Below, in pieces: positions 38,396-47,909 of a stretch of 64,000 bases of DNA. The stretch lies in contig CAXXIA010000001.1 in assembly GCA_963666985.2 (NCBI GenBank), forward strand, positions 64,001 to 128,000, read 5' to 3'. The position numbers and the translations under genes are program-made. The first letter of the stretch is position 1. Every line of letters starts with the position of its first letter. Source of the stretch: Spirochaetia bacterium. GTDB taxonomy: Bacteria; Spirochaetota; Spirochaetia; DSM-2461. The notes under the pieces are model-generated. The model had not been told where the DNA came from, did not search any database, and worked only from the letters and a program-made list of their open reading frames with translations.

Positions 38396-39928
38396 TCAGC
38401 GCTTCAAATAGGAAAGCTGGGCAGGCAGAACGATGTTGTTGCCGAATCTATCCTCTCCGTATCCGTTTTCGGCCAGGACGCGGATGTCTTCGAGAACCCG
38501 CATGTCTCCCTGGAAACAGACGGTGTCGTCGCTGACGATATCGATTTTGCCCATGGCCAAATACAGAGCGATTCCCCGTTTGATGAATTCCGCGAGCGTC
38601 TCATTTTCATAGGGGGAAAGATCTTTAAAAGAGAAGTCGTTGTCGTAGATCATGATTTTTTGTTTTTCAAGAAGATCCAGGAAAATCACCCGGAGAATTT
38701 TTTTCATCAGCTTTTCGTCATAGGATGAAGCCGCGTCGTTTTTGATCAGCTTGTGCTCCATGACGTAGCGGGCCACCGCATCGCGTTTACGGCGGTTCAG
38801 TTCTTCGTTGGCCCGAAAAAGTTCCAGCGGAAGCGAGGCATCGTAGATGGCCGTGCCGAGAATCATTTTGACTTCGCTGCCGTAATGGATGGCGATTTTG
38901 GCGATGAGCGTGGAAGGCCTGACGTGGAACCCCCGGTAATTGGGAATGGGAACCTCGATTTCACCGTGAACCGCGTAGTCTTTTAAAATCTCTCGGCACA
39001 GTTCCTGCGCGACTCCGATGTATCTTTCGGCGTAAGCGACGAAGTATCCGACGATGAGACCGAGCAGCGCTTTATTGGAAATGGAAGCTTTAAGTTTCTT
39101 GTTCCAGTGCTTTTGGGCATGACGTTCGTAAAAATGGATCAGCGTAACTCCGGTATCCAGCAGATGATAAATAACGGTGATTTGCCCTCTCATCAGCGGA
39201 ATCTTTTTGTCTTTCTCCGCGATTTCCGATCCGGCCAGATATGTATCGTAGAGAGATTGGAGGTTATGGAAGCTGTTTGAGAGCTCTCGGATTCGTTCTT
39301 CACTGATGATGCTCGGAATGCATGTGTGGTATTCGGAAGGATCAAGTTTTCGATGAACGTCCAAACAGCAGCTTTCTTCGGCAAGATTCAGCAGCGATGT
39401 TGCGAGGTAAACGGCTTTGCTTTGGGGATCTTGAACGATTTTTCGCTTGCGGTTCGCCTTAAGAATCCCCTGAATCGGCACATCCCGGAATCGGTAGTCT
39501 TGCAGCGGCCTTAAATCTTCGTCGAGTTTCATTCTTCCGGCGACTTTCATAAAGCTTCCGGCCGAGGCGGAGAAGGCATCCAGGAGTGTGTGCAGAGCCT
39601 CCAGGGTGGCCGTGGAGAAATCGCCTTCCACATCGAGAAGGTTGTAGCCCGATGATGCGTAATGAATATGAAAAAGATTATAAGTAACCCTGCTGAAGGC
39701 TTTGGCGACGGCGGCGGCCATGCGAAACGGAGCCCAGTATTCGTTCCATGGGGCACCGTATGCGTCGAGCATTTCTTCGCATTTTGATGCCTCAAGGAGG
39801 AGCCGCCCGATTAAAGGCCTGGGTATTTCGTGAGGATTAAGGGCCGTCATCGCCGAAGAGAGTGATATAAAATCCCTCAGATCGGGTTGGATCAGCGGGC
39901 CGAGTTCTTCATCCTTGATGATATGCAT
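38396..39928 (-). CDS. Large protein with a C-terminal HPr-like domain
   Basis: NYRGFHVRPSTLIAKIA...YGSEV matches the HPr GLHARP region. The start is uncertain (39928, 39952 or 39976). Confidence 0.7.
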   Translation of the reverse strand: MHIIKDEELGPLIQPDLRDFISLSSAMTALNPHEIPRPLIGRLLLEASKCEEMLDAYGAPWNEYWAPFRMAAAVAKAFSRVTYNLFHIHYASSGYNLLDVEGDFSTATLEALHTLLDAFSASAGSFMKVAGRMKLDEDLRPLQDYRFRDVPIQGILKANRKRKIVQDPQSKAVYLATSLLNLAEESCCLDVHRKLDPSEYHTCIPSIISEERIRELSNSFHNLQSLYDTYLAGSEIAEKDKKIPLMRGQITVIYHLLDTGVTLIHFYERHAQKHWNKKLKASISNKALLGLIVGYFVAYAERYIGVAQELCREILKDYAVHGEIEVPIPNYRGFHVRPSTLIAKIAIHYGSEVKMILGTAIYDASLPLELFRANEELNRRKRDAVARYVMEHKLIKNDAASSYDEKLMKKILRVIFLDLLEKQKIMIYDNDFSFKDLSPYENETLAEFIKRGIALYLAMGKIDIVSDDTVCFQGDMRVLEDIRVLAENGYGEDRFGNNIVLPAQLSYLKR

Positions 39929-40025
39929 TGCCACCGCTCTTCCTTTGGTCATACTTTTCTTGTGAAAATTTTGCAATACTCAATTGGCGTATCGGGATAA
40001 AAAACGGTAATACTATGGAGTATTC

Positions 40026-40883
40026 ATGCAAGATCAACAAGAAAACTTCATTTTATCCTGGCATCCGGCTCCCCAAGCATCAAACGGCGAAGAGATAATT
40101 CTTCTGGTCTGTCGGCCCGGAGGCGATGTTCTGCAGGCGGTCGGAGCCGAACCCGGATTCCCGTCTTGGCCCGGCAATGCTCCTTTCCCGCAGGAATGGC
40201 CGCGGCTCCGGATCGGCGGAATCGGCGGTAAAGCGGTCTGGCTTGCGGTTGCGCCCTTGGATGCGCCCTTGGATGCGCCGCCTCCCGACGGAACCGAATG
40301 GAACAGTCCCCGTCATCTGCTGGTTGGACTTAATATACCGCAAACCGAAGCGCTTTCACGGGCGTCCATGCTCGCGAGCTGGGATTTCGATCATCGTTTT
40401 TGCGGCCGCTGCGGGACGGCGACCGTTCTTGATGCGAACGAGGCGGCCCGGGTTTGTCCTTCCTGTGCGTTCCGTTCCTATCCCCGGGTTTCTCCGGCGA
40501 TGATCGTCAGGATTACCGACGGATCCAGAATCCTTTTGGGACACAATGCCCGTTTCCCCGAAGGTGTTTACAGCTGTATCGCCGGTTATGTCGAACCGGG
40601 GGAAACACTGGAGAAAACCGTTGTCCGGGAAATCAAGGAGGAAGTGGGGCTGGATGTTCTCACGGCCCGATACGTCAGATCGCAGGCCTGGCCTCTGCCG
40701 CATTCCCTGATGCTCGGATTCGAAGCGGAGGCCGTCGGCGATCCGGTTCCCGACGGTGTGGAAATAACCGACGCCCGATGGTTCGACGCGGATAATCTTC
40801 CTCATATTCCGCGTCAGGGAACCATTGCGCGTTCTTTGATTGATGACTGGCTTACGAGTCTGAAAAATCATCCGCCGGATTGA
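40026..40883 (+). CDS. nudC: NAD(H) pyrophosphatase / NAD-cap decapping enzyme NudC
   Basis: Zn ribbon FCGRCG...CPSC, YPRVSPA, Nudix box GYVEPGETLEKTVVREIKEEVG and SQAWPLPHSLMLGF. Confidence 0.92.
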   Translation: MQDQQENFILSWHPAPQASNGEEIILLVCRPGGDVLQAVGAEPGFPSWPGNAPFPQEWPRLRIGGIGGKAVWLAVAPLDAPLDAPPPDGTEWNSPRHLLVGLNIPQTEALSRASMLASWDFDHRFCGRCGTATVLDANEAARVCPSCAFRSYPRVSPAMIVRITDGSRILLGHNARFPEGVYSCIAGYVEPGETLEKTVVREIKEEVGLDVLTARYVRSQAWPLPHSLMLGFEAEAVGDPVPDGVEITDARWFDADNLPHIPRQGTIARSLIDDWLTSLKNHPPD

Positions 40884-41060
40884 CGGGGCCGGCTGATCGG
40901 CGGGGCCGGGAGCGGTTTCGGCGGATCGGCCGATTCTCTCTCGTTTCCCATAAGGCGGCAAGGACGGTATACTGGGCGGACTATCGGCAAGTTCGGCAAA
41001 CCGCCGGCAGGCCGGCGAGCGGCGGGACTTGCCGCCGGATGTTCGGAGGCTTAAGGAATT

Positions 41061-42425
41061 ATGGGAAAACTGTGGTCTAAAGGGTATGAACTCAACGAAT
41101 TGGTGGAACAATTCACCGTCGGTGAGGACTATATCCTCGATAAGCGCTTGATTCCCGCCGATATCGCCGGAAGTCTGGCCCATGCGACGATGCTGGAATC
41201 GGTCGGACTTCTCAGTTCGGAAGAACTCGCCAAGCTTCGCCGGGGTCTTTTAACCATCCTCGAAGAGCATGAAAGCGGGACGTTCACAATCGCCCGATCC
41301 GATGAAGACGGTCATACCGCCATTGAAAACAGATTGGTGGAATTAACCGGCGACGCCGGGAAACGGATTCATTTGGGCCGCAGCCGCAACGATCAGGTGC
41401 TCACCACAACCCGGATTTGGATGCGTCAGTTTCTTTTCAACGCCGTTAAAGCCGGAGGAGATCTGGTTTCCGATTTGCTGGATTTCGCCGAAGCGCATAA
41501 AAACGTGCCTATGCCCGGACGGACTCACATGCAGCCGGCCATGCCCTCTTCGGTCGGTCTCTGGGCCGGGGGGTTCGCGGAGCAGCTTCTGGACGACATG
41601 CGGAATCTTGCCGCGCAGTATCCTTTTTTCGACCAATGTCCGCTGGGTTCTGCCGCCGGATACGGAACGCCGCTTCCCGTCGATCGGGAAATGACCGCCT
41701 CGCTTTTAGGCTTTTCCCGGGTTCAGGTGAATGTTGTTTACGGGGGACTCAGCCGCGGCAAATTCGAATCGAGGCTTCTGGACTCTCTGGACCAGATTGC
41801 CATTACTTTAAGTAAATTCGCGACGGATTTGATTCTGTATTCCCTGCCGGAATTCGGCTATTTCACGCTCCCGCAGGAACTTTGTACCGGATCGAGCATT
41901 ATGCCGCAGAAACGCAATCCCGACGGGCTGGAACTTATGAGGGCTAAGGCTGCGGCAGTAGGCGGCTGGGCTCAGCAGGTGAAAGGGATTATCCGTTCGC
42001 TTCCCTCCGGATACAACCGTGATTATCAGGATACCAAGGGGCCGATGATGCGGGCCGCCGATACCGCGCTGGCCATGATGGCCGTGGCGGGTTTAAGCGT
42101 TAGGGAACTCAAAGTGAATGAGGATGTCCTGATCGGGGCTTTCGGCGACGGGGTGTTCGCCACCGATGCCGCCTTCGCTTTGGTTGCTCAAGGAATGAGC
42201 TTCCGCGACGCCTACCGCGAAGTGGGCACTCATCCCGAAAAGTACGGCGGCAAGGATCCCAGGGAAGCCATCGCCGACAGAACCGCCGTCGGGACGGCCG
42301 GGAATCCGCGGCCGGATATCGCGCGCAGGGGTTTGGAAGATTTGCTCTCGGAGAATGCCGTTCGGGAGTCGGCTGTGAATGAAGCCCTGGAAAGTCTTCT
42401 GGGCCGGAATATCGCCGTTATTTGA
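41061..42425 (+). CDS. argH: Argininosuccinate lyase
   Basis: HLGRSRNDQ, MPGRTHMQPA, TGSSIMPQKRNPD and GYNRD. Confidence 0.93.
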   Translation: MGKLWSKGYELNELVEQFTVGEDYILDKRLIPADIAGSLAHATMLESVGLLSSEELAKLRRGLLTILEEHESGTFTIARSDEDGHTAIENRLVELTGDAGKRIHLGRSRNDQVLTTTRIWMRQFLFNAVKAGGDLVSDLLDFAEAHKNVPMPGRTHMQPAMPSSVGLWAGGFAEQLLDDMRNLAAQYPFFDQCPLGSAAGYGTPLPVDREMTASLLGFSRVQVNVVYGGLSRGKFESRLLDSLDQIAITLSKFATDLILYSLPEFGYFTLPQELCTGSSIMPQKRNPDGLELMRAKAAAVGGWAQQVKGIIRSLPSGYNRDYQDTKGPMMRAADTALAMMAVAGLSVRELKVNEDVLIGAFGDGVFATDAAFALVAQGMSFRDAYREVGTHPEKYGGKDPREAIADRTAVGTAGNPRPDIARRGLEDLLSENAVRESAVNEALESLLGRNIAVI

Positions 42426-42554
42426 ATCGCCGAAGGAATCGCCGAAGAGAAGAATCGGCCGCGCAGATACGCCTTTGGGCAGACTCGGCACCGCAATCTC
42501 GCGGGTTTTAAGGCGGCCGTTCCTGCGCCGATGGAGATGTGGGTCTGCGGCGGT

Positions 42555-43811
42555 TTATTCTTCGGCCAATTCCTGAATTTGCCGGATTAAATCCTTCAGC
42601 CGCCTGTTTTCGGCACGGCTGTCTTCCAACTGATTTTCCAGCTCGCTGCTTTTCGTTTTTTCCTCATTGAGGCGGGCGGCCGTTTCCGCCCGCAGGCGAG
42701 CCGCTTCGGCGGCGTCCGCTTCCCTCTGCGCCCTCTCGGCGGCGATGCGGGCTTCGGCCTCGGCGTTCATTTCGGATTGATCCGAGAACCGGCTTCTCAG
42801 TTCGGCAAGACGTTTTTCGTATTCTTCCCGAAGTCTGGCTAAAAGCGGATTGTCGTCTTTTTCCTGGGCCAGGGTTTCTTCCAGATTCGCCGGATTGAGA
42901 TTGACTTCGATGAATTGATTCATCTCGGCGGTAATTTTCAGAGTGGAATCGAGGAAACCGCGGCGTCGGACGCGAACGTCGATAACCGTTCCCGCGGGCA
43001 GAAGGCCGCTGAATCGTCCTCGGCCGGTTTTCAGTCCGTCGATGTAGATGTCGGCGTCGGGAGGATTGGTTTCAAGTTCTATCCGTACGGGATTCGGCGC
43101 TTCGGCATAGCCGAAGGGCATGGCGGGAAGAGGTCTGGAGGCATCGAGTTTTTCCCGGTTGGAATCATCAAGCGTTTCGACTTTCCCGGGGCCTTCGTTC
43201 GGACGGATCATCAATTGCTGGTTCGCCGTTACGTTCGCCGAGGAGCCTTCCACGTTTCCCGATACCCGGACCGTGCCTTCGGCGACCGCGAGAGTCGTTC
43301 CTTCGGAGGATTTCTGAATAAGGAATTCGGTTCCGTGAACCTCGTATTCGGTGCCTTCGGCCAGAATGATGATGGATTCGTCTTCGTCCAGCTTTTCAAC
43401 TTTATAGGAAAGAGAGCCGGTGAGAATTTCGGTTCGCATCTCGAGTTTTGAATCGGCTCCGGTGAGTTTGAGAAAGCGCACCAGGGTGTCGCTGCCCAAA
43501 AGGGCGCTTCCTTTGCCGGCCATCTGTACTTGAGCCATCGCCCCTTCGGTGACTTTCAGGATGTCTCCGGGCGTCAGTTTCTCGCCGGGAGAGGCGGGAA
43601 TGGTCTCTTCTCCGCGGATTACGTAAACCGGCCCCGAAACATGCGTAATGACGGCGGACGTTTTTTCCGGCAGAGGCGGCGCTTCCGCCGCTTTCGGTTC
43701 GGTCAATTTGCCGTATGCGAAGACTCCGCCGAGAGCCAGAAGGATTCCGATGACGGCGCCCAAAAGAACGCGAAGAATCGATTTCACGAGATCAGCCTCC
43801 GTGGGATTCAA
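42555..43811 (-). CDS. Membrane-anchored FecR- and PEGA-domain protein with a C-terminal coiled coil
   Basis: N-terminal TM, a FecR-like region (EVHGTEF, VAEGTVRV), a PEGA-like region (TNPPDADIYIDG) and a charged heptad tail. Confidence 0.7.
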   Translation of the reverse strand: MNPTEADLVKSILRVLLGAVIGILLALGGVFAYGKLTEPKAAEAPPLPEKTSAVITHVSGPVYVIRGEETIPASPGEKLTPGDILKVTEGAMAQVQMAGKGSALLGSDTLVRFLKLTGADSKLEMRTEILTGSLSYKVEKLDEDESIIILAEGTEYEVHGTEFLIQKSSEGTTLAVAEGTVRVSGNVEGSSANVTANQQLMIRPNEGPGKVETLDDSNREKLDASRPLPAMPFGYAEAPNPVRIELETNPPDADIYIDGLKTGRGRFSGLLPAGTVIDVRVRRRGFLDSTLKITAEMNQFIEVNLNPANLEETLAQEKDDNPLLARLREEYEKRLAELRSRFSDQSEMNAEAEARIAAERAQREADAAEAARLRAETAARLNEEKTKSSELENQLEDSRAENRRLKDLIRQIQELAEE

Positions 43812-44118
43812 GACGGTTCATAATAAAACTGCGCAGGGATTCATCCAGGTCTCGTGTGCTGCGTTCCGCCAGAGCCAATAAACGGCTCCGATTATAAGGA
43901 CCGTCGCTGAGAAGGACGGATTTCATTTCTCCGTTGGGAGTAACGGCTTTTTTCCACGTAATGGTGCGGGTTCCGGCCAATTTGTCGTAGCAGATTTGAA
44001 AACCTTCGAGCTTCCTGGAAAGATCGTACCACAGGATAAGCTCAAGATCGTCATCGACGAACCAGCGCCGAAGACCTTCGCCTTTGATCTGCTTGACGTT
44101 TTTCAATTCCTGGAGCAT
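43792..44118 (-). CDS. Hypothetical protein
   Basis: 108-aa ORF (RRWFVDDDLELILWY...FQICYDK), co-oriented with and overlapping the FecR gene. TAAACT lies 7 nt before the ATG. Confidence 0.7.
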   Translation of the reverse strand: MLQELKNVKQIKGEGLRRWFVDDDLELILWYDLSRKLEGFQICYDKLAGTRTITWKKAVTPNGEMKSVLLSDGPYNRSRLLALAERSTRDLDESLRSFIMNRLESHGG

Positions 44119-44221
44119 TACACAGAGTTTACAGCTTCGAAGAAGCTATTCCAACTCCGGAGAACAAGGTCTTCGGAAAAAAAGTGATTTCCCCTGCGGC
44201 TGATTATGAAAGGCTTCCGTT

Positions 44222-44302
44222 AAAAGAGAGGCCGCTCTTCGATTTTGAACAGCGGCCTCTCAGAACCCCCCGGGGTTCGTCATGCGGAGACAAGCTCAAC
44301 GC
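44222..44302 (-). ncRNA. Candidate small RNA of about 80 nt
   Basis: TTGCGT-17 nt-TATCTT promoter (44309-44337), an unstructured 5' segment, a GC hairpin (44263-44278), and an 11-bp terminator stem (44226-44261) with T4. Confidence 0.5.
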
Positions 44303-44407
44303 AACTTTAAGATAGCTCTCAATACCTCTGCACGCAAGAGTGAATTGACGGATATCTTACGAAGATTTCACCAAAACCGATCTGAATCGTGTTTTAATAA
44401 AAAATTT

Positions 44408-45244
44408 TCATGTTCTTTTATGATTCGGCTTTTTCATGATGGAAACGACGATTAACGCCAGAAGCGCGATGATATAGGGAAATGTTTGTGACAGCGACGC
44501 CGGAAGCGCGGCCCAGCTTTGGACTCTTCCCGAGATAATTTCAATGAGTGAAAACAAATAGGCCATTCCCAGAATGCCTATGGGCTTTCGGAAGCCAAGC
44601 CAAATGAGCACCAGGGCCATCCAGCCTCTGCCCGAGCTTATTCCGGGAACGTAGGCTTCGATGCGAAATGTCAGAAACGCTCCGGATAAAGCGGCCGAGG
44701 CCGAGGAAAGGAGCAGGGCCGTCCCTTGAAGCCTCATCGGATGCAGGCCTCTTTCGGAAATGAACTCAGGTTTGTCTCCGACGGCGCGCAGGCGTCTTCC
44801 AAAGGCGGTTTCGCGCAAAACAAGAGCGGCCGATAGGGCGAGAGGAAGCATCATCCATGCCGTCCATTCCAATGACGCCGCGGAAACGCGGATATTCCCT
44901 TTATGTCCGTAAAGAGACTGCGAGATGAGGGAGTTTAGGGAAGGAACCAGAAGATTGATTCCCATTCCGGCGATGAAGAGATTGGAGCCGAGTCTCAGAT
45001 GGACCGCGGCCAAAAGGATTCCGAGGATTGCTCCGGCGGCCGCGGCTCCCGATACGGCGAGAAACGGCGATGCACCGGCCGCGGCAAGAACGGCGGCCGT
45101 AAACGCTCCGGCGCCGATGCAGCCTTCCAGTGAGATATTTAAAACGCCGGCGCGTTCCGAAAAGAGTCCCCCCAAGGCTGCTATGACGAGGGGAACGGAT
45201 GAGATTCCGACCGGCGCCGCTATATTCGAAATAAAGGCCGTCAT
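44408..45244 (-). CDS. Riboflavin/nucleoside-type ABC transporter permease (RfuD-like)
   Basis: GGLFSERAGVLNISLEG, FGRRLRAVG and GRGWMAL. The start is placed at ATG 45244, overlapping the upstream stop. Confidence 0.88.
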   Translation of the reverse strand: MTAFISNIAAPVGISSVPLVIAALGGLFSERAGVLNISLEGCIGAGAFTAAVLAAAGASPFLAVSGAAAAGAILGILLAAVHLRLGSNLFIAGMGINLLVPSLNSLISQSLYGHKGNIRVSAASLEWTAWMMLPLALSAALVLRETAFGRRLRAVGDKPEFISERGLHPMRLQGTALLLSSASAALSGAFLTFRIEAYVPGISSGRGWMALVLIWLGFRKPIGILGMAYLFSLIEIISGRVQSWAALPASLSQTFPYIIALLALIVVSIMKKPNHKRT

Positions 45245-46299
45245 AGCGTTACATCCGTTTGCCGGGCGCAGCCGGCTTTTTTTCGCCGTTTTTCTCGAAT
45301 CAGGCCAAAACCGAAACGTGCCGTTACCAGAAGGAACACCACGGCCTGGACAACGCCTGAAAGAGAGTATGAGAATCCCGAATGCGTCATGGCCGCCTGT
45401 GTTCCGGCATAAAGCCAGGCATAGGCGAGGGCCGCAAGCGGCACGAACTCGGGACGGGAAGCGGCGATAAGGGCCACCGCCAGTCCGTTCCATCCCAGCC
45501 CGCCGGTGAATCCCTGCACGGCCTGGCCGCCGTCCATAAGGGCCGCCGCGCCGGCCAGACCGAAAAGTCCTCCGGATGCGGCCAGAGAGGCCGTTGCGAT
45601 AACACCGGTACGCAAACCGCCGTATCGCGCGAATTGCTTGCTCTTTCCGCACAGGCGCCATTCGTATCCGATTCGGCTGTAGGTAAAGAACAAATAAGCG
45701 GCGGCCGCGATGAGAACGGCCCAGATCGCGGCGCTTCCCAGTCGGGAGGGGGGCAGCCAGGCCTTAAGTCCGTAAGCGTCGGGCAGGGGAGGGGCGGCGA
45801 TTAAATAACTGTCCGCATCTTTCATCGGACCGCCGAGAAGCACCGCTTCGATCGGAAGGACGGCGGCCGAGACAAGGAAGGTGCTGATCATTTCATCGAT
45901 ATTCCGGCGGGCCTTAAGAAAACCTGAAAAGCCGCCGATTAAGGCGCCCGCGGCGACGGCGACGGCCGCCGCAAGGGAGACCGCCATGAATTTCGACGGA
46001 TTCGGAAGCAGTATGGCCGTGGCGGCGGCCGCAAGTCCTCCGGCCAGGGCCTGGCCTTCGCCGCCGAGATTGAAGAATCCCGCCCGAAAGGCCAGGGCCG
46101 CCGCCGTACCGGCTAAAGTGAGGCGGGAAGCCGACGCGAGGAAATCCCCCAAAACAAGGGAATTGCGGACAGGTCCGGTGAGTATCCATAACATCGCACG
46201 GCCGGGAGTGTCCGAGAGTCCGGCCGTTATGGCGGTAATAATGCCAAGCGCGGCAAATAAAGCGGCCGCCGGTGAAAAGACGGAGCGCAATCGCTTCAT
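45241..46299 (-). CDS. Riboflavin/nucleoside-type ABC transporter permease (RfuC-like)
   Basis: FRAGFFNLGGEGQ, GYEWR, FARYGG and GWNGLAVALIA. The start is placed at ATG 46299. Confidence 0.88.
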   Translation of the reverse strand: MKRLRSVFSPAAALFAALGIITAITAGLSDTPGRAMLWILTGPVRNSLVLGDFLASASRLTLAGTAAALAFRAGFFNLGGEGQALAGGLAAAATAILLPNPSKFMAVSLAAAVAVAAGALIGGFSGFLKARRNIDEMISTFLVSAAVLPIEAVLLGGPMKDADSYLIAAPPLPDAYGLKAWLPPSRLGSAAIWAVLIAAAAYLFFTYSRIGYEWRLCGKSKQFARYGGLRTGVIATASLAASGGLFGLAGAAALMDGGQAVQGFTGGLGWNGLAVALIAASRPEFVPLAALAYAWLYAGTQAAMTHSGFSYSLSGVVQAVVFLLVTARFGFGLIREKRRKKAGCARQTDVTL

Positions 46300-47909
46300 C
46301 CCGCCTTCCTTCCCGCAATCAGATGGGCCGCGTCGAGACGGTTCCACGAAGCGGTGGAAAAAACGGAGGACAGCCTTCCTCCGGAGAGCACGGCCATACG
46401 GCCGGAGAGCTCCAGAGCTTCATCGAGATCCGATGTGAGAAGCAGAACGGCGGAACCCGTCCGGGATAATTCCCGAATACGGCCGTGTATGTTCCTTCGG
46501 CTTATTTCGTCCAATCCCCGTGTCGGATCGGCAAGAACGACCAAGCGGGAACCGGAACGTAATTCACGCTGCAGAATGACTTTCTGAATGTTTCCTCCGG
46601 AGAGTTCTTCAAGCTTTTGATCCGGTTTTCCGGCGATGTTTCCCGAACGTCGCCGCTCTTCGGTCCAGTCGCGGATTCGGTCCGGCTGAAGCAGTCCGTG
46701 TACGGCAAGAGTCCGCGATTCGAGCACCATCATGTTTTCCGCCATCGTTGAAGACGGACTTGCTCCTTTGCCGAAGGTATCCGAGGGAACATAGCGAAGT
46801 CCTTCTTTCCGCAGATTCGAGATTCCGGCGGGTGATTGTTTGCCGAATGTTTTCCCGTTTATGGTCAATTCGCCGGAAGTCGGCGCGAGCTCTCCCGTAA
46901 TCACCTCTTCGAGCCGGTCCATTCCCCCTTCATGGATTCCGGTAACGGCGAGGATTTCCCCGGGATTCAAATCAAAACTGATCTTTTTCAGCACTTCTCT
47001 GCCGGCGATGTTCAAGGATAAATCCCGAAGCGAAAGCGTCGGAGGCGAGGCGGCCGCCTTTATGGGCGTTTCTTTTTTTGCCGATTCGGAAATTTCGGCC
47101 GTATCCGCCGCCGAACCGGCTTTTGCCTGCAGGCGGTACGGTTTTGATCCGGCCGATTCCTTTGTAACCGTGCCCGCCGAGTCGCCGAACATGGCCCTCA
47201 TCACCTCGTTTCGCGAAAGATGGGCGACCGGTGCGTTCAGCACGGCTTTTCCATGGCGCAGCACCGTTACCTCGTCCGCGGTTCTCAACACATCTTCAAT
47301 GCGGTGAGTCACAAGAAGAACGGCCTTGCCGTCGGTCTTCAGCCGGTCGATCAGATCGAAAAACTCTTCGGATCGTCCTTCTTCCCATGCGGAAGCCGGT
47401 TCGTCCAAAATCAGAATTTCCGGATGAAACATCAGGGCGGCGGCCATCTGCGCTCTCTGGAGGGCGGCCGCGTCCGTTCGGGATACGGACTGACGGGGAT
47501 TGAGTTCGCCCAGATTCCACTCTTCGATCACCGCCGTGAAGCGCTCGGTCCATTTCGATCGGCCGACAAAGATCTTCTCACGGCCCAGGACGGCGGCTTC
47601 CCAGAGTTCCAGGGATTTCGGCCAAATGCTTCTCTGTCTGACCAGACCGATCCCGTCAATCAGGCCCATACGGCCCTTTGTTCGTGCCTCCAGGTCGATT
47701 TCCTTTTCCCTGAAGAACAGCCGGCCGGAATCGGGACGCGTTACTCCGGCCAAAATATGACCGAGAGTTGTTTTTCCCGCGCCGTTTTCACCCACAAGAG
47801 CATGAACGGAGCCCGCGGAGAGATTCAGAGACACATCCCTGCAGGCTCGCGTCCCCGATGAAGGCCATGTATGACCGACATCTCTTAACCGTGCAAGGAA
47901 TTCAGCCAT
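46296..47909 (-). CDS. ABC transporter ATP-binding protein with two ABC domains (RfuB-like)
   Basis: GENGAGKTT, LILDEP, LSGGNIQKV and DPTRGLD. Confidence 0.9.
   Translation of the reverse strand: MAEFLARLRDVGHTWPSSGTRACRDVSLNLSAGSVHALVGENGAGKTTLGHILAGVTRPDSGRLFFREKEIDLEARTKGRMGLIDGIGLVRQRSIWPKSLELWEAAVLGREKIFVGRSKWTERFTAVIEEWNLGELNPRQSVSRTDAAALQRAQMAAALMFHPEILILDEPASAWEEGRSEEFFDLIDRLKTDGKAVLLVTHRIEDVLRTADEVTVLRHGKAVLNAPVAHLSRNEVMRAMFGDSAGTVTKESAGSKPYRLQAKAGSAADTAEISESAKKETPIKAAASPPTLSLRDLSLNIAGREVLKKISFDLNPGEILAVTGIHEGGMDRLEEVITGELAPTSGELTINGKTFGKQSPAGISNLRKEGLRYVPSDTFGKGASPSSTMAENMMVLESRTLAVHGLLQPDRIRDWTEERRRSGNIAGKPDQKLEELSGGNIQKVILQRELRSGSRLVVLADPTRGLDEISRRNIHGRIRELSRTGSAVLLLTSDLDEALELSGRMAVLSGGRLSSVFSTASWNRLDAAHLIAGRKAG

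Noticed and set aside
40250..40279. 12-bp tandem duplication in nudC (APLD-APLD-AP)
   Set aside because: It is real, but only about 2.5 in-frame copies in a variable N-terminal region, consistent with ordinary replication slippage.
42424..42447. GAATCGCCGAAG x2 after argH
   Set aside because: Two copies with no spacers. This is neither a CRISPR array nor a recognisable operator.
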